64,000 nt of DNA, from positions 70,787,018 to 70,851,017 of the forward strand of contig NC_057711.1 of NCBI RefSeq assembly GCF_004010195.1. Direction: 5' to 3'. Position numbers and translations under genes: made by a program. The notes beneath the pieces were generated by a model. That model was not told the DNA's origin. It did not search any database and saw nothing but the letters and a program-made list of their open reading frames with translations. The DNA is from Chiloscyllium plagiosum. Lineage: Eukaryota. Positions 49,481-61,092 of this stretch are shown here, in pieces. Each line of letters opens with the position of its first letter. The first letter of the stretch is position 1.

Positions 49481-52279
49481 GTTGATCGAAGACAAAACTG
49501 GCAAGTTGAAAGTGATGTATTTCCTGACATAAAGAGGGTTGACTTCAATTTTGGAAAATGCAATGTAGAATGGTTTGGGTAAAGATGAGAAATGATAATA
49601 GAATTTCTCAAGAAGGCATAGTGATAATTTGGGAGATTTTAATCTACACATAAATTGGAAAGGTCAGATGGGCAAAGAAAGCCTAGATGAGGCGCTCAGT
49701 GAATTTTTTTCAGGATAATTTCTCAAAACAGCATATTCTGGATCCAACCAGAGATTAGGCTATACTAGACCTGGTACAATGCAATGTGATAAGATAATTT
49801 AATCTTTTGTAGTAAAGGTATGCCAAAATAGTGGTGACCATAATATCCCATATGATAGTCTCTGCAGTATAATCTAATCATTTTAAAAACTGCTGCAACT
49901 GTTGTAAAAGGATCTGAAAGGGTAATTCTGAGGAATTCCATAAGAACCACTCACTGTGTGACGGTGTCATATGGACCTGTGGGCAGGACAGTTTAGCATC
50001 TTTAAGGAGTGGTCCTCCTCAAATTGTCTGTCATGATGTTTATCATATGAATGTAACACCTGTAACTAGTTAATAGGCAATAATTCTACCTCATTAAATA
50101 CAAGGGACATTTCCCGTTAGATCAGGAAGTGGTTTTCCTTTCCCACAATAGATCAAGCATGTCCTGTACTTTCCTGTACTTAAAAAGAATGCTGCCTGTG
50201 ACTTTCATCATCAGTAGCAGCTCATATAGCATTGAGTACTGGCATACAACAAAAACCACTAAAAATGCGGGAATGCAGATTGAATGTGCCTGATGTTAAT
50301 TATAATTCACAATTTACCAGTAAGTTTCATTGTGCTTGTGTTGTCAAGCCCTTCAACCATATATTGCATAATAGCTTTTAGTCTGACATAAATGGAAGTG
50401 ATGGAAACCATGTTGAATGTGTTGTTATATCTGCAGGAAACGCAATATATCAATGTTATTAATCCATTGTCATTGGTCACTTGATTTCCATTAAAATGCA
50501 TTTTGTATCCTGGAAAAGTTGATTTATAAGGAGATGTCAGATACTATAAAAAATGGTTAATGAGGAAAAGGTTAAACATATATTTTCCTGATACATTTGC
50601 ACAACATCTTAGTAACAAATTTGATCATAATGGAAAAAATATTTTCGTTGCCTCAGAGGATTGTAAACCTAACAAAATTATTGAATTATTTTTAACTCAA
50701 TGCTGCTAAATGCTTTATCAGTGTGGTATTTATAGTCATAAGAAAATGATTCCTGAGAAGCTCAAGCACAAAGACATTCATCAGAGAATCACTAAATGTT
50801 TATTATTTGAAGAGAAGTGATGTTTCTGACCAGCTTATCTGCTATCTTGGGGTTTGGAAATTTTTACTTAAAAAACTTACACATACCTTTTCTGTCTTTG
50901 TAATAAATTGACACTTTCTCTGCTCTAAGAAGGTTTAATCTTTATCCAAGGGTAGATTTACAATCGCATTGAACTGTTCTTGAATATTGATTTTATTTCT
51001 AGTTCAGCCAGTAGATCTATCCATTCCAAGACAATAACATCTATCATTTTATTTTAAAACAGAACAGAAGTTGTACATGCTGAAAAGGTAAAGTATGTGA
51101 GTTTTTTTAATTAAAAAAAAAGTTACTATAGAAAACTGCAGTAGTTGAAATTTCTTTTCATTTGTGGATATATGTAAAGAATTGTGTGTTAATGAGAGAA
51201 AGGTGAGGGAATGATGTGTACCTATCACACACAACAGTCATGTAAGTGTAAAAAAATTCACTTAGCAATGGCATTAGCATCATTGAACGTATTAAGTACG
51301 TCTTGTATTCATAACCAAGACATTTTTGATGTCCATATTATTGACATTACTTACTCATCACATCATTGTATCCATGGTAACTTTACCTGCGTCCTTTTTC
51401 GAAAATGTCTTACCTCTCTCTTTATAAAATCTCTAATTGTTGTTTATAGTCATGACAAAAATAGAAAATAGATCTAAAACTCACTGGATATAGTGGGAAT
51501 TCAATAAAGGTATCTGATGTACAATTGCATGGATTGCATCTGATTAGACCTGACATGGATTCTCCATTTTATCGTACATATCTTTTGAAATATAACAAGG
51601 AAGAAATTAGATAACCACAAATGCTAAAGTGATACTGTTAATCATTGACCTTTGAAGGCTATACACTAAAATGAAAGCAGCCTGTTTACATGTATTAAGA
51701 GCAGGAAATAACATGCAATCAGTCATGCTTTTCGTACAATTTCTTAGAAACCTGGATTGTCAGGACGAGAGTGATTTTGTTCTTTTCTGAAAATTTATCA
51801 TTGTAGTTGCTTGCGTCATATTGAGCTGAATAATTACTTATCAGTCCCACCAGGAACAGAGGTGGGGAGAGTGGTAAAGGTATAGAGTGTCTGGAAGTTA
51901 GGATTCTCCCACACTTTGTGGAATCTAACTCGATTAACTATGCATGACATATCTAGTTGGTTTCCCCTGATTGATTGGCTTAGCTTCTAGTAGATAGCCA
52001 GGATTATACCAGTTGGAGGGCTGGTAAAATGGTTGGAAAAGACTTTGGGGAAAAACACATTTCCTCACTGGCACAAACTTCCCACTGGCACAAAAGGCAA
52101 TGGCTCTGTTACTTACTAATTAAGCTAGGCAGCTAACTAATTGGCCTATTGACGATCATTTTATCACATCTTTGCCATCTTACCAGCATTGTAATGACAT
52201 GACGAAGGACTGATGGGCCATAGCTCCTGCATCCATAACTGCTCCCGACTATAGCCACTGGTCCTTAACTCTGTCCTTA

Positions 52280-53200
52280 TGTTCAACACTTGAGTCTGTT
52301 CCGACATTCAATGTGATCATGGCTGATTGCATTTCATCCTCAACTCCACTTTCCTACCCATCCGCCATAAACTTTAATCTCTTACAAATTAAAAGTCTGT
52401 CTTCTCCTTAATTTTATTCAGTGTTTACCACACTCTGGGGGTGTGAATTCCATTGATTCAGGAGCCTTTCAGGGAAGTAATTTCTCTTCGCTCTCTGTTA
52501 AATCTACTACCCTTTATTCTAAAACTATGATCTCTCGCTATAGATTACCCCACAAGAGGGAACATTCTATCTGCATCTGTTTTATCAATCCTCTTTCATA
52601 TCCTGTATATTATATATCTTGTATATTTGGTCTTCTTTCATTCTTCTAAATTCTAGCGAGTAAAAATCTAAACTGCTCAATTTCTCCTCATAAGACAAGA
52701 TTTTCATCTCTGGAATTAACCTAATGAACCTTCTCTAAACTGCCTCCAATTAAATTACATTTAAAAATGCAGCAAACCAGAGTTAAGGTTGGAAAACTAA
52801 AAGGGTTTCCAGTCTCATCATATTTAAATAGCTAGTTCGCTTCCTTGGAGCAGGCTTTCTGTCTGATCATATTTAGGTTTCAGTTAAAATCAGAAGTTGG
52901 CAGTAATGGATTGGAAATCAGATTTTAAATCCTGTCCATCTCTGCATGCATTCCTAACAAAACTGTCTCATTTTAACATAGAAACATAGAAAAGAGAAGC
53001 AAGAGTAGGCCATTCAGCATTTGAGTCTGCTTGGTATTCATTGTGATCATGGCTGACCATCCAACTCAAGAGCCTTTTCCTGCTTCTTTCCCTGAGTGCA
53101 TTAGCCCCGAGTATTGTAACACTCCTTCTTGAACTCAAGCTTTAGATTCAATTGCTTTCTGTGGTACTCCACAGGCTCACCACTCTCTGGGAGAACAAAA
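52280..53200 (-). mobile_element. Two CR1-clade LINE 3' fragments
   Basis: GTGATCATGGCTGA tail motif at ~52313 and ~53043; AACATAGAAACATAGAA tail at 52975. Confidence 0.7.
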
Positions 53201-53364
53201 TCTCACCTCAAACTTGAGGTTAAATTTGAAACTGGTAGCATTATGGATGTTTGTGTGTGTGCATGTGCGTGTGCACGCGCGGGTGTGTGTATAATCTTAG
53301 GGCATAATTGCTATTTCAGGAACTCTGCATTGTGTGTTAAACAAATGATTCAAAGTTTTAAAAA

Positions 53365-53701
53365 ATTCATTGATGGAATGAGGGCATCACTGTCCAGGCC
53401 AGCATTTATTGCCCATCCCTAATTGCCCAGAAGGATGTTAAGAATAACCACATTGCTGTGGGTCTGAAATCACGTGTAGTTCAGATTAAGTAAGGATGAC
53501 AGTTTCCTTCCTTAAAGGACATTAGTGAACTAGATGGGTTTTTCCCTGACAATGTACAACGGTTTCATGGTTATCATTAGATTCTTAACTCGAGATTTTT
53601 ATTGAATTCAAGATCTACCATGGCAGAATTCAAACACAGAACATTACCTGGGTCTCTGGATTAACAGTACAGTGATAATACCACTAGGCCATCACCTCCC
53701 C
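53365..53701 (-). mobile_element. tRNA-derived SINE sharing its tail with the adjacent old LINE family
   Basis: Minus head GGGAGGTGATGGCCTAGTGG; tail GCATTTATTGCCCATCCCTAATTGCCC resembles the LINE end at 53930-53962. Confidence 0.8.
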
Positions 53702-54614
53702 TAAAAAGTATGGATTGACTGATGTTTTCAATGAAACAAGTGGGTTTTTTTTACACGTGGAGATGAATTTATACATGAAACACTTTGTGTACATAAATGT
53801 GTCCTGTAGCAGTTTGGGAAAGTTGTGATGGAAGAACAAACAGCTCAAAGGAATATTTGGGCCACAATAGGCAGTTTAAAGACTTTATAAAAATGTATTC
53901 TTTCAGAAGACCAGTGCTTCGCTGGGTGGGCCAGAATGTATTGCTTATCCATAATTGCCCTTGAGATGTTGCTACCTTTCCCGATCCATTGCAATCTATT
54001 TGGTGTAGCTACAGTGACAATGCCACTGGGGATGGAGTTCCAGGATTTTGACGCAGCAAACATCAAAGAAACGATGGAATATTTCCAGGCCAGGATGGTG
54101 AGTAACTTGAATGGGAACCTTCAAGTCGTGATGTTTCTAGGTATCTGCTGCCTTTGTCCTTCTAGATAGTAGCTATGATGGGTTTTACAAGGTGCTATTT
54201 AGGAGCTTTGGTGAATTTCCATTGTACATCTTGTAGATGGCACACAATACTGATACTGAGTATTGGTGGTGAAGGGAGTTAGTGTGAGTGAATGTTTTGC
54301 CAATCACATAGCTGCTTTGTCCTGGATAGTGTCAAGCTTCTTGAATGCTATTGGAGCTGCACTCATCCAGACAAATGAGGATTATTCCATCTGGTTAACG
54401 CTTTGTAGTGAACATGCCTTGGAAAGTCAGGAAGTGAGTTGCTTGCAACATAATTCCTAGCTTTTAGTCAACTCTTATCAACACAATGCTTATATGGCTA
54501 GTCTAGTTCAGTTTCTGGTCTATGATAGTGCCGAGGATGTTGATTGTGTGGGACTCAGCAATTTTAGTCCCATTTAATCTAAGTGGTGATAATTAGATTC
54601 ACCCTTGTTTGAGA

Positions 54615-57600
54615 TTAGTCTGGAGCACTTTTTTTAGAGCAAGATTTTCTGGGTCTGTAGATTGTGAAGGAGCAAAAATGGTCTTAGTAGAGTGATATGC
54701 TCTTCCTGTCGGATTTGGGCGTTTAAGGAGAGTTTCCATGTTACTGATGATTATGTCTGCAGGAAGTGTCTTTAGTTGTGCATGGATTGATTGGAGCAAT
54801 AACAAGAGGCAGTGAGGAATTTAGAAGAGCTAGGCGGTGTGATGGATGCCAGTTAGAGGAATGAGTAAAGCTGCAGATACAATCATGTAGATGGGTTAAT
54901 TCCAGGAAAGGTAGGAGGGATAGGCAGGTGGTGCAGGAGTCTTCTGTGGCTATCAACAATTCAAACAAGTATGCTATTCTGGAAAATGTAGGGGGTGATG
55001 GAGTCTCAGGGCAACGTAGCACAAACAACCAAATTTCTGGTATCGAGACTGGCTCTAATGCAATGAGGGGTACGTCAGGTTCCAAGTGATCGAATGTGAT
55101 CAGGGACTCTCTAGTCAGAGACACAAACAGATGTTTCTACAGCCACCAGTGAAAAATGAGAATGGTGGGTTGCCTCCCTGGTGCCAGGATCAAGGGTGTC
55201 TCAGAGAAGGTGCAGAATGTTCTCAGGGGAAGAGGGGCCAGTAGGAGGTCATTGTCCACATTGGAACCAATCACATAGGAAGGGAAAAGGATGAAATTCT
55301 GAAGGGAGAATATAGAAAGTTAGGCAGAAATTTAAAAAGGAAGTCCTCGAAGATAGATTTACCTGGATTACTCCCGGTGCTACGAGCTAGTGAGGGTAGG
55401 AATAAGAGGAGAGAGCAGATGAATGCATGGCTGAGGAGTTGGTGTATGGGAGAAGGGTTTATCAGAATCTCCTTTGGGGTAGAAGTGACCTGTATAAGAA
55501 GGATGGAGTGCACCTGAATTGGAAGGGGACTAATATACTGGCAGGGAGATTTGCTAGAGCTGCGTGGGGGGATTTAAACTAGTAATGTTGGGAAACCAGG
55601 GAAATAGTAAGGGAAGAGATCACTCTGAGACTGGTACAGTTGGGAAAGGGAGCGATTCAAACAGTCAGGACAGGAAGGAACAAAGCAGAAAACAAGGTAG
55701 GACTGATAAATTAAACTGCATTTGCTTCAATGCAAGAGGACGAACAGGGAAGGCAGATGAACTCGGTTCGGTTAGGAACATGGGACTGGGATGTCATAGC
55801 AATTACAGAAACATGGCTCAGGGATGGGCAGGACTGGCAGCTTAATGTTCCAGGATACAAATGCGATAGGAAGGATAGAAAAGGGGGGGGGAGGTTGGGG
55901 GGGGCGGGGCAAGAAGGAGGGGGAGTGGCGTTTTTGATAAGGGATAGCAGTACAGCTGTACTGAGGGAGAATATTCCTGAAAATACATCCAAGGAAGTTA
56001 TTTGATGAAAGTGAGAAATAAGAAAGGAATGATCACCTTATTGGGATTGTATTATAGACCCCCCAGTAATCAACTGGAAATTGAGAAACAAATTTGTAAG
56101 GAAATTTCAGTTATCTGTATAAATAATAGGGTGGTTATGGTCGGGCATTTTAACTTTCCCAACATAAACTGGGACTGCCATAGTGTTAACGGTTTAGATG
56201 GAGAGGAATTTGTTAAATGTGTACAAGAAAATCTTCTGATTCAGTATGTGGATGTACCTACTAGAGAAGGTGCAAAAATTAACCTACTCTTGGGATATAA
56301 AGCAGGGCAGGTGATTGAAGTGTCAATGGGGGAGCACTTTGAGGCCAGCGACCATAATTCCATTATTTTTAAAGAGTTGAAGTTCTAAATTGGAGAAAGG
56401 CTAATTTTGGCGATATTGGGGACAGATATTCGAAGGTAAAGGGACGGCTGCAAAATGGGAAGCCTTCAGAAATGATATAACGAGAGTCCAGAGACAGTAT
56501 ATTCCTGTTAGGATGAAAGGAAAGGCTGGTAAGTTTAGGGAGTGACGAGAGAAATTGAGGTTTTGGTTAAGAAAAAGAAGGAAGTATATGTCAGGTACAG
56601 ACAGGAGAGATCGAGTGAATCCTCAGAAGTATAAAGGCAGTAGGAGTATCCTAAGAGGCAAATCAGGATGGCAAAAGGGGACATGAAATAGCTTTGGCAA
56701 ATAGAGTTGAGGAGAATCCAAAGGATCTTTATAAATATATTAAGGACAAAAGGGTAACTAGAGAGAGAATAGGTCACCTCAAAGATCAGCAAGGCAGACT
56801 ATGTGTGAAGCTGCAGGAGATGGGGGAGATGTTAAACGAGTATCTGGTATCAGTGTTTACTGAGGAAAAGGACATGTAAGGTATAGAATCTGGGAAATAG
56901 ATGGTGACATCTTGAAAAATGTCCATAATACAGAGGAGGATGTGCTCAATGTCTTGAAATGCATAAAAGTAGATAAAACCCCAGAACCTGATCAGGTGTA
57001 CCCTAGAACTCTGTGGGAAGCTAGAGAAGTGCTTGTTGGGCTCTTTGCTGAGATATTTGTATCATCAATAGTCACAGGTGTGGTGCCGAAAGGCTGGAGG
57101 GTGGCTAATGTGGTGTCACTATTTAAGAAAGGTGGTAAGGAAAAGCTAGGGACCGATAGACTGGTAAACCTGACATTGGTGGGCAGGTTGTTGAAGGGAA
57201 TCCTGAGGGACAGGACTTATATGTATTTGGAAAGGCAAGGACTGATGAGAGATAGTCAGCATGGCTCTTGCATGGAAAATCATGTCTCATGAACTTGATT
57301 GAGTTTTTTAAAGAAGTAACAAGGAGGATTGATGTGGGCAGAGTGGTAGACGTGTTCTATATGGACTTCAGTAAGGTGTTCAACAAGGTTCCCCATGGGA
57401 GACTGTTTAGCAAGGTTGGAATTCATGGAATACAGGGAGAACTAGCCATTTGGATACAGAACTGGCTTGAAGGTAGAAGACAGAGGAGGGTGGTGGAGGG
57501 TTGCTTTTCAGACTGGAGGCCTGTGATCAGTGGAGTGTCATAAGGCTCGATGCTGGGTCCACTATTTTTCATCATTTATATAAATGATTTGGGTGTGAAC

Positions 57601-58537
57601 ATAGGAGGTATAATTAGTAAGGTTGCAGATGACACTAAAATTGGAGGTGTAGTGGATAGCGACAAAGGTTACCTCAGAGTGCAATGGGATCTTGATCAGA
57701 TGGGCCAATGGGCTGAGAAGTGGCAGATGGAGTTTAATTTAGATAAACGCGAGGTGCTACATTTTGGGACAGCAAATCTTAGCAGGATTTACACACTGAA
57801 TGGTAAGGTCCTGGGGAGTGTTGGTGAATAAAGAGACCTTGTGATGCAGGTTCATAGTTCCTTGAAAGTAGAGTCGCAGTTAGATAGGATAGTGAAGAAG
57901 GCTTTTGATATGTTTTCCTTTCTTGGTCAGACCATTGAGTATCGGAGTTGGGAAGTCATATTGCCACCGTACAGGACATTGGTTAGGCCACTTTTGGAAT
58001 ATTGTGTGCAATCCTGGTCTCCTTCCTTTTGGAATGATATTGTAAAACTTGAAAAGATTCAGAAAAGATTTACAAGGAATTTGCCAGGGTTGGAGCATTT
58101 GAGCTAAAGGGAGAGGCTGAATAGGCTGGGGCTGTTTTCCTGGAGCATCAGAGGCTGAAGGGTGGCCATATAGAGGTCTATAAAATCATGAAGGGCATGG
58201 ATAGGCTAAATAGACAAAGTCTTTTCCCTGGGGTTGGAGAGTCAAGAACTAGAAGGCATAAGTTCAGAGTGAGAGGCAAAAGATATAAAAGGGACCTAAC
58301 GGGCAACTTTTTCAACAGAGGGTGGTGCGTGTATGGAATGAGCTTCCAGAGAAAGTGGTGGAGGCTGGTACAATTACAGCATTTAAAAGGCATCTGGATG
58401 GGCATATGAATAGGAAGGGTTTCGAAGGATATGGGCCAAGTGCTGGCAAATGGGACTAGATTAAGTTAGGATATCTGGTTGGAATGGTTGAGTTGGACTG
58501 AAGGGACTGTTTCCATGCTGTACCTCTCTATGACTCT
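54615..58537 (+). mobile_element. Near full-length HER1-like CR1 LINE (ORF1 zinc finger and esterase; ORF2 APE-RT), inactivated
   Basis: CSSC...CRKC near 54700-54770; CLPGARIKGVSE and HIGTNHIG esterase blocks; APE IAITETWL, YYRPP, SDHN; RT YMDFSK, YINDL, ADDTKIGG; CTCTATGACTCTATG tail; many stops and frameshifts. Confidence 0.92.
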
Positions 58538-58631
58538 ATGGTTATTGCTTGACACTTGTGTGCCTTGAATGTTACTTGCCACTTATCAGCCAGAGCCTAG
58601 ACATTGTCTAAGTCATGGTCAATATAGATAT

Positions 58632-58782
58632 GGGAGAAAGTGAGGACTGCAGATGCTGGAGATCAGAGCTGAAAATGTGTTGCTGGAAAAGCGCAGCAGG
58701 TCAGGCAGCATCCAAGGAACAGGAGAATCGATGTTTCGGGCATAAGCCCAATTCCTGAAGAAGGGCAACACATTTTCAGCTC
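58632..58782. mobile_element. pLTR-only Penelope foldback (family A), internally deleted
   Basis: 15-bp TSD TCAATATAGATATGG at 58619-58633 and 58781-58795; inverted ends GAGCTGAAAATGTGTTGC / GCAACACATTTTCAGCTC. Confidence 0.88.
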
Positions 58783-59153
58783 AATATAGATATGGACTGC
58801 TTCAGTATCCGAGCAGTCATAAATGGGACTCAACATTTTGAAATCATCAGCTAACAACCACACTTTGGGTTAAGAACCTTATATTTGGTTGGGTAGTATA
58901 GGCTTTTATTTCTAGATATGGACTGCTTCAGTATCCGAGCAGTCATAAATGGACTCAACATTTTGAAATCATCAGCTAACAACCACACTTTGGGTTAAGA
59001 ACCTTATATTTGGTTGGGTAGTATAGGCTTTTATTTCCATTTCCTTTGGTCTTTCAGGTTTACCCTGGATATTAATAATCCAAGGCAATATGAAAAGAAA
59101 TGGAAAGAAAAATATACTACAAAAAACTATCAAAATTTTACTCATGCTTTAAT

Positions 59154-59447
59154 GGGTGGCATGGTGGCACAGTGGTTAGCACTGCTGCCTCACAGTGCCA
59201 TAGACCCAGGTTCAATTCCCACCTCAGGCGATTCTCTGTGTGGAGTTTGCACATTCTCCCCTGTCTGTGTGGGTTTCTCTGGGTGCTCCGGTTTCCTCCC
59301 ATAATCCAAAAATGTGCAGGTTAGGTGAATTGGCCATGCTAAATTGCCCATAGTGTTACGTGTAGGGGAATGGGTCGGGGGGGGGGTTGCGGGTCAGTGT
59401 GGACTTGTTGGGCTGAAGGGCCTGTTTCCACACTGTAAGTAATCTAA
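59154..59447 (+). mobile_element. HE1-type SINE
   Basis: GGTGGCACAGTGGTTAGCACTG A box; GGTTCAATTCCC B box; tail shared with the HER1-like LINE. Confidence 0.9.
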
Positions 59448-60039
59448 GAATCTTTACTCATAATCACAAACAAATCATTTTATTTGAAGATCAGATCAAA
59501 ACAGGTTATCATCCTGCCCTGTCTCAACTTCTTATTGTTAAGCAATCGACTTTCTGAGCTCACAAAATTCTTACTGTGAGGAAATCTATTTTACACTCCT
59601 TTCTTACAAATAAGCTGTGCATTCAAATCTTGACTCCATCCAATCTCTAGAAAATGTTCAGTTTGACCACTGTCAAACATCACAACACATCACATTTTCC
59701 TTGTCAGTTGGATCAAATAACTCATTGAGATTTGGCTTTTGCCATCCTGGAAAAAAGCTTTTCCTTTGCATTTACTGAGCTTTGATTTAAAACTTGCCGT
59801 GCACTGTTCACCACTTTTATGTCTTCCATTCAACTATGATATTAACACAGCACAATTCTATGACAATCACAAATTCAGTTGATAAATAGTCCATATTATC
59901 ATATTTGATTCACTGTTTTAAACAACCTTCAGCTTTTCCAGAGTAAGTGACAGTTCAGTTTGTTACTGCTGAGTTTGATGCTTGATGTAAACAAATACAC
60001 ATCTTTCTTCAGCTTAATACAAACACTATAATAACCTAC

Positions 60040-61092
60040 AGCCTACTTGCGGAACGTTTCAGAGAACACCTCTGGGACACCCGGACCAACCAACCCAACC
60101 ACCCAGTGGCTCAACACTTCAACTCCCCCTCCCACTCCACCAAGGACATGCAGGTCCTTGGACTCTTCCATCGCCAGACCATAGCAACACGATGGCTGGA
60201 GGAAGAGCGCCTCATCTTCCGCCTAGGAACCCTCCAACCACAAGGGATGAACTCAGATTTCTCCAGTTTCCTCATTTCCCCTCCCCCCACCTTGTCTCAG
60301 TCAAATCCCTCGAACTCAGCACCGCCTTCCTAACCTNNNNNNNNNNNNNNNNNNNNNNNNNNNNNNNNNNNNNNNNNNNNNNNNNNNNNNNNNNNNNNNN
60401 NNNNNNNNNNNNNNNNNNNNNNNNNNNNNNNNNNNNNNNNNNNNNNNNNNNNNNNNNNNNNNNNNNNNNNNNNNNNNNNNNNNNNNNNNNNNNNNNNNNN
60501 NNNNNNNNNNNNNNNNNNNNNNNNNNNNNNNNNNNNNNNNNNNNNNNNNNNNNNNNNNNNNNNNNNNNNNNNNNNNNNNNNNNNNNNNNNNNNNNNNNNN
60601 NNNNNNNNNNNNNNNNNNNNNNNNNNNNNNNNNNNNNNNNNNNNNNNNNNNNNNNNNNNNNNNNNNNNNNNNNNNNNNNNNNNNNNNNNNNNNNNNNNNN
60701 NNNNNNNNNNNNNNNNNNNNNNNNNNNNNNNNNNNNNNNNNNNNNNNNNNNNNNNNNNNNNNNNNNNNNNNNNNNNNNNNNNNNNNNNNNNNNNNNNNNN
60801 NNNNNNNNNNNNNNNNNNNNNNNNNNNNNNNNNNNNNNNNNNNNNNNNNNNNNNNNNNNNNNNNNNNNNNNNNNNNNNNNNNNNNNNNNNNNNNNNNNNN
60901 NNNNNNNNNNNNNNNNNNNNNNNNNNNNNNNNNNNNNNNNNNNNNNNNNNNNNNNNNNNNNNNNNCTGAAGAAGGGCTTATGCCCGAAACATCGATTCTC
61001 CTGTTCCCTGGATGCTGCCTGACCTGCTGCGCTTTTCCAGCAACACATTTCCAGCTCTGATCTCCAGCATCTACAGACCTCACTTTCTCCTC
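60040..61092 (+). mobile_element. Penelope-like element 3' part (GIY-YIG endonuclease, gap, pLTR)
   Basis: LAERFREHL...HPVAQHFNSPSH...LEEERLIFRLGTLQPQGMN; pLTR with CTGAAGA-A-GGGC-TTAT-GCCC-GAAACATC at 60966-60993. Confidence 0.9.

Larger units (their letters stand above)
53905..58860 (-). mobile_element. Old LINE 3' fragment (53905-54614 and 58538-58860) hosting two younger insertions
   Basis: Sequence stops at TTGAGAT (~54614) and resumes at ATGGTTATTGCTTGACAC (58538), collinear with the uninterrupted copy at 46700-46860. Confidence 0.8.

Noticed and set aside
58787..59037. Tandem duplication of about 126 bp next to a foldback insert
   Set aside because: Copies differ only by GGG versus GG; same signature as the other likely artefacts, although a real duplication is not excluded
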